Below the pieces are notes generated by a model. It had not been told where the DNA came from, ran no database searches, and was given only the letters and a program-made list of their open reading frames with translations. From Alphaproteobacteria bacterium (lineage in GTDB: Bacteria > Pseudomonadota > Alphaproteobacteria > Bin95), in the NCBI GenBank assembly GCA_964291285.2, contig OZ219786.1, positions 992,001 through 1,056,000 of the forward strand: a DNA stretch of 64,000 nt, read 5' to 3'. The position numbers were made by a program, and so were the translations under genes. This document shows, piece after piece, positions 1-10,395 of the stretch; positions within the stretch are counted from its first letter, which is position 1; each line of letters begins with the position of its first letter.

Positions 1-310
1 GCTTCACATCGGGGCGGTAGTTCTCGACCACGACATCGGAGCGCTCGACCAGCCGGAAGAACGCCTCGCGGCCCTTGTCGGACTTGAGGTCGAGCGTCAT
101 ACAGCGCTTGTTGCGGTGCAGGTTCTGGAAGTCGAAGCCGTCGCGCGGGCCCCCCAGCCCCTCTCCGGCAGCGGGGTCCGGCGGCGCCTCGATCTTGATG
201 ACGTCCGCGCCCCAGTCGGCAAGCTGGCGCACGCAGGTCGGCCCGGCGCGCACGCGGGTGAGGTCGAGAACGCTGAAGCGCGAAAGCGGCATGCCGGTCG
301 TCGCGGCCAT
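1..310 (-). CDS. CaiB/BaiF family CoA-transferase, N-terminal part (runs off window)
   Basis: Minus-strand translation MAATTGMPLSRFSVLDLTRVRAGPTCVRQLADWGADVIKIE...NRNKR is a class III CoA-transferase N-terminus; not in the supplied ORF track. Confidence 0.85.
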   Translation of the reverse strand, partial: MAATTGMPLSRFSVLDLTRVRAGPTCVRQLADWGADVIKIEAPPDPAAGEGLGGPRDGFDFQNLHRNKRCMTLDLKSDKGREAFFRLVERSDVVVENYRPDVK

Positions 311-464
311 CTCGGGAGTCTCCAACTCGTCGGAAAGGAGGGCGTCTCATTAGCAGCCCCGCCGCCGGCCGTCACCCTGCGCGGGCGGCGAATCCCGTCA
401 GCCGGCCGCGCCGCCCTGCCCGCTTGCGCGGGCCCGCGCGGAGGGCTAGGTTGCGCGCCTTCCG

Positions 465-541
465 GGGTCCGTAGCTCAGGTGGTTAGAGCGCCGTCTTGA
501 CATGGCGGAGGTCACAAGTTCAAGTCTTGTCGGACCCACCA
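465..541 (+). tRNA. tRNA-Val(GAC)
   Basis: Acceptor stem GGGTCCG/CGGACCC, D arm AGCTCAGGTGGTTAGAGC, anticodon arm CCGTC-TTGACAT-GGCGG, T loop GTTCAAGT, encoded CCA. Confidence 0.96.
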
Positions 542-569
542 TCCCCTTGATCCGATGGGCTTTTTCCTG

Positions 570-1448
570 ATGTTCGAAGGCTTCGAGGAACAGCGGGTCG
601 AGGGCGACGGGGTCCCGATCCACCTGCGCACCGGCGGCAGCGGTCCGCCCGTGCTCCTGCTGCACGGCTACCCGCAGACGCACCTCATCTGGCACGAGGT
701 GGCGCCCCGGCTGGCAGCGCGCTTCACCGTGGTCTGCCCGGACATGCGCGGCTACGGGCGCAGCGGCAAGCCCGCGAACGACGCACAGAACCGGCCCTAT
801 TCCAAGCGGGCGATGGCGGTGGACATGGTGCGCGTCATGGAGCGCCTCGGCCATAAGCGCTTCTGCCTCGCAGGGCACGACCGCGGCGGGCGCGTCGCCT
901 ACCGCCTGGCGCTCGACCATCCGGAGCGCGTCGCCCGCATCGCCGTGCTCGACATCGTGCCGACCCTGGAGCAGTTCGAGCGCCAGGGGCAGCGCGGAAG
1001 CCTGGATTCCTTCCACTGGTTTTTCCTGGCCCAGCCCGCGCCCTTCCCGGAGACCATGATCGGGCGCGACCCGGACTGGTTCCTGAGGAGCATGACGGGG
1101 CGGTGGTCGGGCAGCGACTGCTTCGCCGAGGCGGCGATGGCGGACTATCTGGCCGCCTTCCGCGACCCCGAGACGATCCGCGCGACCTGCGACGACTACC
1201 GCGCCGGCGCCACCATCGACTGCGAGCTCGACGCCGCCGACCGGGCGGCGGGCCGGCGCATCGCCGCGCCGCTGCTGGCGCTCTGGGGCGCGAAGGGGCG
1301 GCCTCACAAGCGCGACTCGGTGCTCGAAACCTGGCGCCTCTGGGCGGACCGGGTCGAGGGCGAGGGCCTCGCCTGCGGCCATTTCCTGCCGGAGGAGATG
1401 CCGGCGGAGACCGCGGAGCGCCTCGAGACCTTCTTCTCGCTGGCCTGA
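570..1448 (+). CDS. Alpha/beta hydrolase, haloacetate/fluoroacetate dehalogenase-like
   Basis: LLHGYPQTH, GHDRGGRVAYRLALDHP (Asp nucleophile DR motif), C-terminal GHFLPEE. Confidence 0.8.
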   Translation: MFEGFEEQRVEGDGVPIHLRTGGSGPPVLLLHGYPQTHLIWHEVAPRLAARFTVVCPDMRGYGRSGKPANDAQNRPYSKRAMAVDMVRVMERLGHKRFCLAGHDRGGRVAYRLALDHPERVARIAVLDIVPTLEQFERQGQRGSLDSFHWFFLAQPAPFPETMIGRDPDWFLRSMTGRWSGSDCFAEAAMADYLAAFRDPETIRATCDDYRAGATIDCELDAADRAAGRRIAAPLLALWGAKGRPHKRDSVLETWRLWADRVEGEGLACGHFLPEEMPAETAERLETFFSLA

Positions 1449-1476
1449 GCGTCCGGACGCTGCTATAGATGCCAGT

Positions 1477-1571
1477 GGAGACCGGCGGCGGGCGGACCCC
1501 TCGCCAACCCGGTCAGGTCCGGAAGGAAGCAGCCGTAACGAGTTTCCGGTCCGGGTCGCCTGCCGGCCTCC
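1477..1571 (+). ncRNA. ffs: Signal recognition particle 4.5S RNA
   Basis: Conserved domain IV CGGTCAGGTCCGGAAGGAAGCAGCCG within a long hairpin (GGAG...CTCC); lies directly upstream of dnaX. Confidence 0.93.
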
Positions 1572-1632
1572 GCTTTCCTCCGAACGCACTCAACCTGATG
1601 ACGGCGCCGGGCTATGCGCTAGACTGCCGGCG

Positions 1633-3354
1633 ATGAGCGAGACCGCCGCCGCTTACCGGGTGCTGGCCCGCAAATACCGGCCCGCCGCCTTCGCCGATCT
1701 CATCGGCCAGGAAGCGCTGGTGCGCATCCTCACCAACGCGATCCGGGCGGACAGGATCGCGCATGCCTTCATGCTGACGGGCGTGCGCGGCGTCGGCAAG
1801 ACGACGACGGCGCGGATACTGGCGCGCGCGCTCAACTGCCTCGGCCCCGACGGCGACCGCGACGGGCCGGCGGAGGAGCCCTGCGGCGTCTGCGAGGCCT
1901 GCACGGCGATTGCCGCCGACCGCCATGTCGACGTCATCGAGATGGACGCGGCCTCGCATACCGGCGTGGACGATGTGCGCGAGATCATCGAGGCGGCGCG
2001 CTACCGCCCGGTCTCGGCGCGCTTCAAGGTCTATATCGTGGACGAGGTCCACATGCTCTCGCGCCAGGCCTTCAATGCGCTGCTGAAAACGCTGGAGGAG
2101 CCGCCGGGGCATGTGAAATTCATCTTCGCGACGACCGAGATCCGCAAGGTGCCGGTCACGGTGCTGTCGCGCTGCCAGCGTTTCGACCTCCGCCGCGTCC
2201 CGGCCGGGATGCTGGAGGCGCATTTCGCGGGCGTGGTCGCGAAGGAAGGCGCGGAGATCGAACCGGAGGCTCTGGCGCGGATCGCGCGCGCCGCCGACGG
2301 CTCGGTGCGCGACGGCCTCTCCATGCTGGACCAGGCGATCGCCGAGGCCGACGGCGGCAGGATCGCGGCCGACGCCGTGAACGAGATGCTGGGGCTTGCC
2401 GACCGGCTGGACATTTACGACCTGTTCGAGGCGCTGATGCGCGGCGAGCCGGCCGCCGCGCTCACCCGCTTCGACGAGATGTACCGGGCGGGCGCCGATC
2501 CGGGCCTCGTGCTCCAGGACATGGCGGAACTGGTGCATCGGCTGACCCGCGCGAGCGTCGTGCCGGCAGAGGCCGAAGACGCCGCGCTGCCGGAGGCCGA
2601 GCGGGTGCGCGGCCGCAAGCTCGCCGAGGCGCTGTCCCTGCCGGCGCTCACCCGCGTCTGGCAGCTCGTGCTGAAGGGCATCCAGGAGGTGAATGCCGCG
2701 CCCTCGGCCAAGCCGGCCTTCGAGATGGTATTGCTGCGCATCGCCTATGCCGCCGGCCTGCCGACGCCGGCCGAGGCGATAGCCGAACTCCGCTCCGGCG
2801 CGCCGGCCGCGGCGGCGCCGCAGGCGCGGGCCAAGCCGGCGCCGTCCGCCGGTCCGCCGCCGCCCGTCGAAGAAGGCATGGCGGACGCAGCGGCCGCGGA
2901 ACCCGCCCCGGAAGCCCCCGCCGCTCCGGCTGCGCCGGACGTTGTCGAGCTTGCGGATTTCGACGCCGTGGCGGCGCTGTTCCAGGAGCGGCGCGAGCCG
3001 CGCCTCCATTCGCATCTGGTCCACGACGCGCATCTCGTTTCCTTCGAGCCGGGCCATATCGCGCTCAGGCTCGGCGAGCGGGCGCCGCCGGACTTCGCCG
3101 CCGAGGTCGCCAGGCGCCTGACCCGCTGGACCGGCGCGCCCTGGACGGTGTCGGCGGTCGAGGAAGGCGGCGAGGCCACGCTCGCCGAACAGCATGAGGA
3201 CGCCCGGCGCGACCTGTTCGAGCGCGCGCGCCAGCACCCGCTCGCGCAGCGCACGCTGGAGATATTTCCCGATGCCGCCATCGCCGATATACGCCCGATC
3301 CAGCCGGGCGAGGCGCTGGCGGAGCCTCCCGAGGAGCAGGATGACGAGCGATGA
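1633..3354 (+). CDS. dnaX: DNA polymerase III subunit gamma/tau
   Basis: YRVLARKYRP, Walker A GVRGVGKTT, DEVHMLS, SRC motif. Confidence 0.97.
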   Translation: MSETAAAYRVLARKYRPAAFADLIGQEALVRILTNAIRADRIAHAFMLTGVRGVGKTTTARILARALNCLGPDGDRDGPAEEPCGVCEACTAIAADRHVDVIEMDAASHTGVDDVREIIEAARYRPVSARFKVYIVDEVHMLSRQAFNALLKTLEEPPGHVKFIFATTEIRKVPVTVLSRCQRFDLRRVPAGMLEAHFAGVVAKEGAEIEPEALARIARAADGSVRDGLSMLDQAIAEADGGRIAADAVNEMLGLADRLDIYDLFEALMRGEPAAALTRFDEMYRAGADPGLVLQDMAELVHRLTRASVVPAEAEDAALPEAERVRGRKLAEALSLPALTRVWQLVLKGIQEVNAAPSAKPAFEMVLLRIAYAAGLPTPAEAIAELRSGAPAAAAPQARAKPAPSAGPPPPVEEGMADAAAAEPAPEAPAAPAAPDVVELADFDAVAALFQERREPRLHSHLVHDAHLVSFEPGHIALRLGERAPPDFAAEVARRLTRWTGAPWTVSAVEEGGEATLAEQHEDARRDLFERARQHPLAQRTLEIFPDAAIADIRPIQPGEALAEPPEEQDDER

Positions 3355-3674
3355 AGAACCTCGCCAGCATGATGAAGCAGGCCCAGGAAATGCAGCAGAA
3401 AATGGCCGAGATGCAGGACGCGCTGGCCGGCCATGAAGTGGTCGGACGGGCCGCCGCCGGCATGGTCGAGGTGCGCATGAACGCCAAGGGAGAGTTGCTC
3501 GGCCTCAGGATCGACCCGAGCCTGATCGACCCGGCCGAGGCCGAGGTGATGGAGGACCTGATTACGGCCGGCTTCAACGACGCGCGCGCCAAGGCCGAGC
3601 AGCATGCGCGGGAGGAAATGCGCAAACTGACCGGAGGGCTGGAACTGCCGCCCGGCTTCAGCCTGCCGTTCTGA
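3351..3674 (+). CDS. ybaB: YbaB/EbfC nucleoid-associated protein
   Basis: [12 protein letters not shown]...[11 protein letters not shown]; located between dnaX and recR. Confidence 0.95.
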   Translation: MKNLASMMKQAQEMQQKMAEMQDALAGHEVVGRAAAGMVEVRMNAKGELLGLRIDPSLIDPAEAEVMEDLITAGFNDARAKAEQHAREEMRKLTGGLELPPGFSLPF

Positions 3675-3675
3675 G

Positions 3676-4269
3676 ATGCCGCCCGGCGACCTGGAGACGC
3701 TGATCCGCCTGCTGGCACGCCTGCCGGGACTCGGGCCGCGGTCGGCCCGGCGCGCCGCGCTGCATCTCATCAAGCGGCGCGAAGGCCTGATGGTGCCGCT
3801 CGCCCGCGTGCTGGAGGCGGCGTCGGACTCCATCACCGTCTGCTCCGAATGCCGCAATCTCGACACGACCGACCCTTGCGGCATCTGCGCCGATCCGTCG
3901 CGGGACCCCGCCGCGCTCTGCGTCGTCGAGGATGTGTCCGACCTCTGGGCGCTGGAGCGCACGGGCGCCTTTCGCGGGCGCTACCATGTGCTGGGCGGCG
4001 TGCTCTCCGCCCTTGACGGCGTCGGGCCGGAGGAACTCGGCATCGCCGCGCTCGTCGCGCGCGCCGGGGCGCCCGGCATAACCGAGGTCGTGCTGGCGAC
4101 CGGCGCCACCGTCGAGGGCCAGACCACCGCGCATTACCTGGCCGAGCGCCTTAGCGATTGCGGCGTGGCCGTCACGCGCCTCGCCCACGGCGTGCCGGTC
4201 GGCGGCGCGCTCGACTATCTGGACGACGGCACGCTGACCACGGCGCTGCGCGCCCGCCGGCCGCTGTGA
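3676..4269 (+). CDS. recR: Recombination mediator RecR
   Basis: Hh[13 protein letters not shown]4 zinc finger, Toprim domain, [13 protein letters not shown]. Confidence 0.97.
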   Translation: MPPGDLETLIRLLARLPGLGPRSARRAALHLIKRREGLMVPLARVLEAASDSITVCSECRNLDTTDPCGICADPSRDPAALCVVEDVSDLWALERTGAFRGRYHVLGGVLSALDGVGPEELGIAALVARAGAPGITEVVLATGATVEGQTTAHYLAERLSDCGVAVTRLAHGVPVGGALDYLDDGTLTTALRARRPL

Positions 4270-4390
4270 CGGACCCCTCCTTCAGATGCGTTTCGCAGCA
4301 GATGCCTTTTGCGCTGCCGCGATATGTCGTATCCGGCATACCGTGAATGATTCGCGCCGGCGCAGCCCGGCAGCAGAATGGATTGGGCGA

Positions 4391-6445
4391 ATGCCAGGGG
4401 GTCTTGTCCGGGCGGGACTCGGGGCGGCGCTGGCCGGCTGCGCCCTGGCGCTTTCCACCGCATGCTCGTCGGCGGCCCCGAACGCGCCGCCGCCTGTCCC
4501 GAGCGAAGCCCGCGAGGCGCGGAAAATCGCGAATGGCATTCTGGACGGTGCCGGATGGCGGCACTTCCGGGCGGCGCTCGATGCCGCCGCGCGCGGCGAG
4601 TGGCGGCAGGCCGCCCGGAGCGCCGGGCAGGCCGGGCATCCCCTGGCCGCCGCCCTGATCGAGTGGCAGCGTCTCCGGGACCCGGAAGCCGTCATATCCT
4701 TCACCGAAATCGAGGCGTTCCTTGAAGCGCATCCGGACTGGCCGGGCCGCGCCGCACTTCTCCGGCGGGCCGAAGAGCTGATGCCGGAGGCCTATCCGGA
4801 CCGCGCCGCCCGCGCACGGTTCGACCGGTTTCCGCCGCTCACCGGCCCCGGCAAGCAGCGCCTGGCGGAAGCCCTGATCGCGGACGGGGAAACGGATGCC
4901 GGCATCCGGCTCCTGCGCGAAGCCTGGATCGGTGGCGACTTCCCCCGCGATCTGGAGCGCCGCTTCATCGGGCGGCACCGCAACGCGCTCGGCGCACAAG
5001 ACCATAACCGCCGGCTCGACCGGCTGCTCTGGGACGAGCGCGCCGGGGCCGCGCAACGCCAGCTCCGCCGTGCCAGCAAGGCGGAGCGCCGGCTGGGGGA
5101 AGCGCGGCTCCGGCTGATGAAGCGCCGGCGCGGCGTGGACTGGGCGATCCGGCAGGTGCCGGACCGCCTGCGCGGCCATCCGGGCCTCGTGTTCGAGCGC
5201 ATACGCTGGCGCCGGCTCGCCGGCAAGGATGCGGGCGCGCGCGACCTGCTCCTCGACCGGCCGGCGGAACTGGTCCGCCCCGGCAAATGGTGGCCCGAGC
5301 AGAGCTACCAGATCCGCGAGGCGATAGAGCGCCGCCTGTTCGACCAGGCCTACGCCATCGCGTCCCGGCACGGGCAGACCGCGAGCCGTCCGTTCTCGGA
5401 GGCCGAATGGCTGGCCGGCTGGCTGGCGCTCCGCTTCCTGAACCGGCCCGGCGATGCCGCGAAGCATTTCCAGGCCATGTACGACCGGGTGCGCTTCCCG
5501 ATCAGCCGCGCCCGCGCCGCCTACTGGTCCGGCCGCGCTGCGGAGGCGGCGGGCGACCGGGACCGGGCCACGGAGTGGTACCGGCGCGCCCTCGGCCACC
5601 CGACGACCTTTTACGGGCAGTTGGCCGGCAAGGCCCTCGCGCTCGAAAGCCGCTTCCCGGCCGGGGAGCCTGCCGTCGCGCCCGAAGAGCGGGAGCGCTT
5701 CGAGGCAAACCCGCTCGTCGAAGCCGCGCGCCTGCTGGGCGAAGCGCGGGACTTCGAGACCATGCGGACTTTCGTGACCCATCTGAGCCGGCGCGCAAAG
5801 ACGCCCGGCGAGCATGTGCTCGCAAGCCGGCTGGGGCTGGCTTACGGGGCGCCGCACATCTCGGTCAGCGCGGCGAAGCGGGCCTGGCGCAACGGCGTCC
5901 CGCTTGTCGCCGAAGCCTGGCCGCTGGCCTTCGGCAAGGCCGATACCGCCCGTGCGCCCGACCCGCCGGAGCTCGCCCTGCTGCTGGGGCTCGCCCGGCA
6001 GGAAAGCGAGATGAACCCCTATGCGCGCAGCCGGTCCGGCGCCGTGGGGCTGATGCAGCTGCTGCCCGGCACTGCCCGGGACGTGTCCGGCAGGCTCGGC
6101 CTGGCCTACAGCCGCTCCCGGCTCCGGGAGGACCGGGGCTACAACATCACGCTCGGCAGCGCCTATCTGGCCGAACTGCTGGAGGCCTTCGAGGGCGACC
6201 GGGTGCTCGCTCTCGCCGCCTACAACGCCGGACCGAACCGCGTCCGGCAATGGCTCGTCACCTTCGGAGACCCGCGCCGCGGCGAGGTCGATCCCATCGA
6301 CTGGATGGAGCTCGTGCCGTTCGCCGAAACCCGCAACTACATCCAGCGCGTGCTCGAAAGCACCGCCGTTTACCGCCTCCGGCTGAAGGGGCCTCCGGAC
6401 TCCGCAAGCGCCCCGGCTGCGGTCCGGACTGCCGCCATCGACTGA
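4391..6445 (+). CDS. Soluble lytic murein transglycosylase (Slt70-like)
   Basis: Signal-peptide-like N-terminus; RQES, GAVGLMQL, AAYNAGP, ETRNYIQRV motifs. Confidence 0.9.
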   Translation: MPGGLVRAGLGAALAGCALALSTACSSAAPNAPPPVPSEAREARKIANGILDGAGWRHFRAALDAAARGEWRQAARSAGQAGHPLAAALIEWQRLRDPEAVISFTEIEAFLEAHPDWPGRAALLRRAEELMPEAYPDRAARARFDRFPPLTGPGKQRLAEALIADGETDAGIRLLREAWIGGDFPRDLERRFIGRHRNALGAQDHNRRLDRLLWDERAGAAQRQLRRASKAERRLGEARLRLMKRRRGVDWAIRQVPDRLRGHPGLVFERIRWRRLAGKDAGARDLLLDRPAELVRPGKWWPEQSYQIREAIERRLFDQAYAIASRHGQTASRPFSEAEWLAGWLALRFLNRPGDAAKHFQAMYDRVRFPISRARAAYWSGRAAEAAGDRDRATEWYRRALGHPTTFYGQLAGKALALESRFPAGEPAVAPEERERFEANPLVEAARLLGEARDFETMRTFVTHLSRRAKTPGEHVLASRLGLAYGAPHISVSAAKRAWRNGVPLVAEAWPLAFGKADTARAPDPPELALLLGLARQESEMNPYARSRSGAVGLMQLLPGTARDVSGRLGLAYSRSRLREDRGYNITLGSAYLAELLEAFEGDRVLALAAYNAGPNRVRQWLVTFGDPRRGEVDPIDWMELVPFAETRNYIQRVLESTAVYRLRLKGPPDSASAPAAVRTAAID

Positions 6446-6455
6446 GGCCGCGACC

Positions 6456-7427
6456 TCACATCGTCACCACGACCTTGCCGGTGGCCTGCCGTTCCGTCAG
6501 GCGGCGGATGGCTTTCGGCACGTCGTCCAGGCTCCAGGTCTCGGTCACGCGCGGCGTCACCTTTCCTTCGCGGTACCAGGCGGCGAGTTCCTCCATGCTG
6601 TGCAGCAGCAGGTCGGGGCGCTCGCGGCGGAAATAGCGCATGGAGGAGCCCATGGCCGAGCGGTGCTTGACCAGCAGGCGGTTGGCGGGGATGCGCGGCA
6701 CGCCGGCGACGAAGCCGATCAGCAGGATGCGTCCGCCCCAGGCGAGCGAGGAGAGCGCCTCGTCGAACAGCGGGCCGCCGACCGGATCATAGACGACATC
6801 GACGCCCTGCCCGTCCGTCAGCGCGGCCACCCGCTCCTTCAGGCTTTCGGCGCTGTAGTCGATGCCCTCGTCCGCGCCGTGCCGGGCGGCGAGCGCCAGG
6901 CGTTCCGGGCTGCTCGCCGCCGCGACCACCCTTGCGCCGAGCGCCTTGCCGCACTCCACCGCCGCGAGGCCCACGCCGCCCGCCGCGCCCAGCACCAGCA
7001 TGGTCTCGCCCGCCTTCAGGTCCGCCTGCCAGCGGATCGCGACATGCGAGGAGACCCACGCGGTCGGGAAGGCGGCGGCTTCCACGTCCGACATCCCCTC
7101 CGGCACGAGGAAGGCTTCGGTCTCGCGCGCGACGGCGGTTTCCGCATAGCCGCCCCACCAGAGGATCGCCATGACCCGGTCGCCCACGGCCAGCCGCTCG
7201 CAGCCGGGGCCGAGCGCCGCGACCGTGCCTGCGACCTCAAGCCCCGGCGCGAAGGGATGCGCCGGGCGGGTCTGGTAGTTGCCGGCGACCATGATCGCAT
7301 CGGCGAAATTGACGCCGGCGGCCGCGACCCGGATGGCGACCTCGCCCTCGCCGGGCTCCGGGGCGGGCATGTCGCGGACTTCGAGGCTTTCGACCTCGCC
7401 CCAGGCGGAGCAGACGGCGGCGCGCAT
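6456..7427 (-). CDS. NADPH:quinone oxidoreductase family (MDR) protein
   Basis: [22 protein letters not shown] motifs. Confidence 0.88.
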   Translation of the reverse strand: MRAAVCSAWGEVESLEVRDMPAPEPGEGEVAIRVAAAGVNFADAIMVAGNYQTRPAHPFAPGLEVAGTVAALGPGCERLAVGDRVMAILWWGGYAETAVARETEAFLVPEGMSDVEAAAFPTAWVSSHVAIRWQADLKAGETMLVLGAAGGVGLAAVECGKALGARVVAAASSPERLALAARHGADEGIDYSAESLKERVAALTDGQGVDVVYDPVGGPLFDEALSSLAWGGRILLIGFVAGVPRIPANRLLVKHRSAMGSSMRYFRRERPDLLLHSMEELAAWYREGKVTPRVTETWSLDDVPKAIRRLTERQATGKVVVTM

Positions 7428-7497
7428 GCGTTATGGATTCCTTGACGGCGGGGACGGGAGCCCGGAGTTTAGCGCCTTCCGCAAACGGAGCCAGTCG

Positions 7498-8082
7498 ATG
7501 CTCGACGATGCCGCCCTCGACCTGATTTTCCGCAAGGCCCGCACCCACAACGCCTGGCGCGACCGCCCGGTGACCGACGACGACATCCGCCGCATCTACG
7601 AGCTGATGAAGTGGGGGCCGACCAGCGCCAACATGTCCCCGGCCCGCTTCGTTTTCGTGCGCTCGCGCGAGGCCAAGGAGAAGCTCGCCCCGGCGCTCTC
7701 CTCCGGCAATCTGGACAAGACGATGGCAGCGCCGGCAACCGCGGTGATCGGCTACGACGTGCGGTTCTTCGAGCGCATGGACTACCTCTTCCCGCATGAC
7801 GACTTCATGGCCAACCTCTACCGCGGCGACCCGGCGGCGGCGGAGGAGGCGGGCTTCCGCAACGCGACGCTGCAGGGCGCCTATTTCATGATCGCGGCCC
7901 GCGCGCTCGGCTTCGACATCGGCGCCATGTCCGGCTTCGACAAGGACAAGGCGACCGCCGCCTTCTTCGCCGGCACCAGCGTCAAGGCCAACTTCCTCTG
8001 CAATATCGGGCACGGCGACGAATCGGTGCTGTTCCCGCGCCATCCGAGGCTCGATTTCGACGACGCCTGCCGCTTCGCCTGA
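7498..8082 (+). CDS. Nitroreductase family, malonic semialdehyde reductase RutE-like
   Basis: [35 protein letters not shown] motifs. Confidence 0.85.
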   Translation: MLDDAALDLIFRKARTHNAWRDRPVTDDDIRRIYELMKWGPTSANMSPARFVFVRSREAKEKLAPALSSGNLDKTMAAPATAVIGYDVRFFERMDYLFPHDDFMANLYRGDPAAAEEAGFRNATLQGAYFMIAARALGFDIGAMSGFDKDKATAAFFAGTSVKANFLCNIGHGDESVLFPRHPRLDFDDACRFA

Positions 8083-8106
8083 CCGCCCGGCGGACCGCTC
8101 GACATC

Positions 8107-8787
8107 ATGGCTGCACAAAGCAGGATCGAGGTGTTCGGGCGGCGGAACGCAAGCAATGTCCTGCCGGTCATGTGGACCGTCGGGGAGCTCGAAATCCCCT
8201 GCACCCGCCACGATACGGGGGGTTCCTTCGGCGGAACCGGGACCGCGGATTACCTGGCGATGAACCCGAACGGGAGAATCCCCACCCTCAGGGACGGGGA
8301 TTTCGTCCTGTGGGAATCGAACGCCATCGTCCGCTACCTGTGCAGGCGCCATGACGGGCACGGCATCCTGCTGCCCCGGTCCGAGGAGGGCTATGCGCTC
8401 GCGGACCAGTGGATGGACTGGCACAGGACCACGCTCTACCCGCCCTGCATCGACCTGACATGGGCGCTTGTCAGGACCGAGCCGGCGGTTCGCGACCGCA
8501 GGAAGATCGAGGACCTGCAGGCGCAGACCGAAACCGGCCTCGCCATTCTGGACAAACACCTCGCCCGGACCGGCCACGTGGCCGGCGACCGGTTCACGAT
8601 GGCGGACATTCCGCTCGGGGCGCTCGTCCATCGGTATCTGAACCTCGAAATCGAACGGCCGGCCTTCCCGCAGATCGCATCATGGCATGCGCGGCTGTCG
8701 AAGCGCCCGGCCTTCATCGAGCATGTGATGTTCCCGTTCGGGAACGATCCGGGCGAATGGTACCGCCTGGAGCGCGAGACCCCGTGA
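8107..8787 (+). CDS. Glutathione S-transferase family protein
   Basis: NPNGRIPTL, WESNAIVRYL, FTMADIPLG. Confidence 0.9.
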   Translation: MAAQSRIEVFGRRNASNVLPVMWTVGELEIPCTRHDTGGSFGGTGTADYLAMNPNGRIPTLRDGDFVLWESNAIVRYLCRRHDGHGILLPRSEEGYALADQWMDWHRTTLYPPCIDLTWALVRTEPAVRDRRKIEDLQAQTETGLAILDKHLARTGHVAGDRFTMADIPLGALVHRYLNLEIERPAFPQIASWHARLSKRPAFIEHVMFPFGNDPGEWYRLERETP

Positions 8788-8794
8788 CGGCTCT

Positions 8795-10171
8795 CTAACC
8801 CCCACGCTCCGCCAGCATTGCCTCGGCGGCGCGCAGGCCGGTGGCGACGGCCTTGGCGAGGCCGCCCAGATAGGCGGCGCGCGGGCCGCCCTCCATGCCG
8901 CCGGCGGTGGAGCCGGCTGCGAACAGGCCGGGTATCGGCCGCGAATTCCCGTCAAGCGCGCGCGCCTCGCGGTCGATGGTGATCCCGCCCATGCTGTAGG
9001 TGATGCCGGCGGCGGCGCGGATGGCGCGGAAGGGCGGCTCGGCCAACGGCTTCGCCGGGAAGCGGGCGACGGTGCGCGCCGGCTCATGGCGCCCGGCATT
9101 GTGCGCGGCCACGGTTTCCGCCAGCGCCGGCATGGCGAGGGCTTCGGCGAGCCGCTCGATAGTCGGGGCCTCGAATACATGCCCGCCCGCCGCCGGGAAG
9201 CTCGGGTTGAGGGCGGGCGGATAGCGGTTGTCGGCGGCGTCCTCGCGCCAGTGCCGGTCGTCGAAGATGACGGCCGCGCCCTCCGGGTCGTCCAGCCGCG
9301 CGAGTTCGTTCGCCATGAAGACGCCGCCGAGGCCCTCGTCGCAGAAGCGCCGCCCCGCCCCGTCCACCAGCAGCGACACGGCGGCCAGCGCATCCAGCGT
9401 CGGATAGGGCCAGAGCTTCTCGTTGCCGAAGGCGTCGAGCCCCAGCAGATGGCCGTAGAAGCGGTCCATGCCGACCGTCGCCGCGCCCACTTCCGCCGCC
9501 ATGGCGAGGCCGTCGCCCCGTCCCCCGCCCGCGCCGCGCTTGAACAACCGCTCCGGCTGCGGAGAGAGATGGCGGCGGACCAGTTCCGGATTGTCCTGGA
9601 ATCCGCCGTCCGCAATCAGCACGAAGCGCGCCTGCTCCACGCCGGCGGCGGTCCTGACACCCGCAACCCTGCCGCCCTCCACCGCCAGCGCCTCCGCCGG
9701 AGAGCCGAGGCGCAGCACCCCGCCGCGCGCCGCGAGATTGCGCGTGAGCCGGCGCAACAACGCGTCCGGCCCGCGCCCCTTCCAGTCGAGGCCGCCGCGG
9801 CGGCGGCGGGGCGGGGCCATCACCCAGCGCATGAACTCGGGCGCGCCGCCGCGCACGAAGGCCCCGCCTTCGGCGCGCAGCCATGCCAGCACCCTGCCGG
9901 CATCCTCGGCCAGGAGGTCCGCCAGCGCCGTCGCCGGGTCGCCGGCCCCGCCCACAGACTCCGCGACGGATGCGCGGATTTCCTCCGCCGGGCGCGTCAT
10001 GTCCCGGAAGGCCACATGCAGAAGGCCGCCGGCGATGCGCGAGTTGCAGAAATAGTCGGGCTCGGCCCGGCGCTCCATCACCAGCACGGAAAGTCCGCCT
10101 TCCGCGGCCCGGTTGGCGGCAGTCAGCCCCGCAAGGCCGCCGCCCACCACGATAAGGTCCGGCCCGCTCAC
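8795..10171 (-). CDS. FAD-dependent oxidoreductase (fumarate reductase/TcuA flavoprotein-like)
   Basis: VVGGGLAG dinucleotide motif, ADGGFQ, TYSMGGI, GLFAAG; GTG start overlaps upstream stop (GTGA). Confidence 0.8.
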   Translation of the reverse strand: MSGPDLIVVGGGLAGLTAANRAAEGGLSVLVMERRAEPDYFCNSRIAGGLLHVAFRDMTRPAEEIRASVAESVGGAGDPATALADLLAEDAGRVLAWLRAEGGAFVRGGAPEFMRWVMAPPRRRRGGLDWKGRGPDALLRRLTRNLAARGGVLRLGSPAEALAVEGGRVAGVRTAAGVEQARFVLIADGGFQDNPELVRRHLSPQPERLFKRGAGGGRGDGLAMAAEVGAATVGMDRFYGHLLGLDAFGNEKLWPYPTLDALAAVSLLVDGAGRRFCDEGLGGVFMANELARLDDPEGAAVIFDDRHWREDAADNRYPPALNPSFPAAGGHVFEAPTIERLAEALAMPALAETVAAHNAGRHEPARTVARFPAKPLAEPPFRAIRAAAGITYSMGGITIDREARALDGNSRPIPGLFAAGSTAGGMEGGPRAAYLGGLAKAVATGLRAAEAMLAERGG

Positions 10172-10395
10172 TCCGGCAGCAGCATGTCGGCGATGATGAC
10201 GGTCAGTTCGACGAGCAGGCGGGTGACGAAGGCAAATGCGATGCCGGCCAGCAGCCCGACCGCCATCCAGAACCAGTGCCAGCCCTCGATCCCGATGCCG
10301 AGAAAGGCGGCCAGCACGGGCAGCGCGCCCGCCGCAGCGACCAGCAGCCGGCCGCGCCTGACCACGAAGCGGACGGTCGGAAAGCGGTCGATCAC
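10168..10395 (-). CDS. Small membrane protein (two predicted TM helices)
   Basis: 75-aa hydrophobic ORF coupled by GTGA overlaps to both neighbours. Confidence 0.65.
   Translation of the reverse strand: MIDRFPTVRFVVRRGRLLVAAAGALPVLAAFLGIGIEGWHWFWMAVGLLAGIAFAFVTRLLVELTVIIADMLLPE

Noticed and set aside
465-1476. tRNA-Val as an integration site for an island
   Set aside because: No integrase and no duplicated tRNA 3' end seen in the window; the downstream genes are core.
2700-2950. Programmed frameshift in dnaX
   Set aside because: No A-AAA-AAG or poly-A slippery site; the region is only a Pro/Ala-rich linker.
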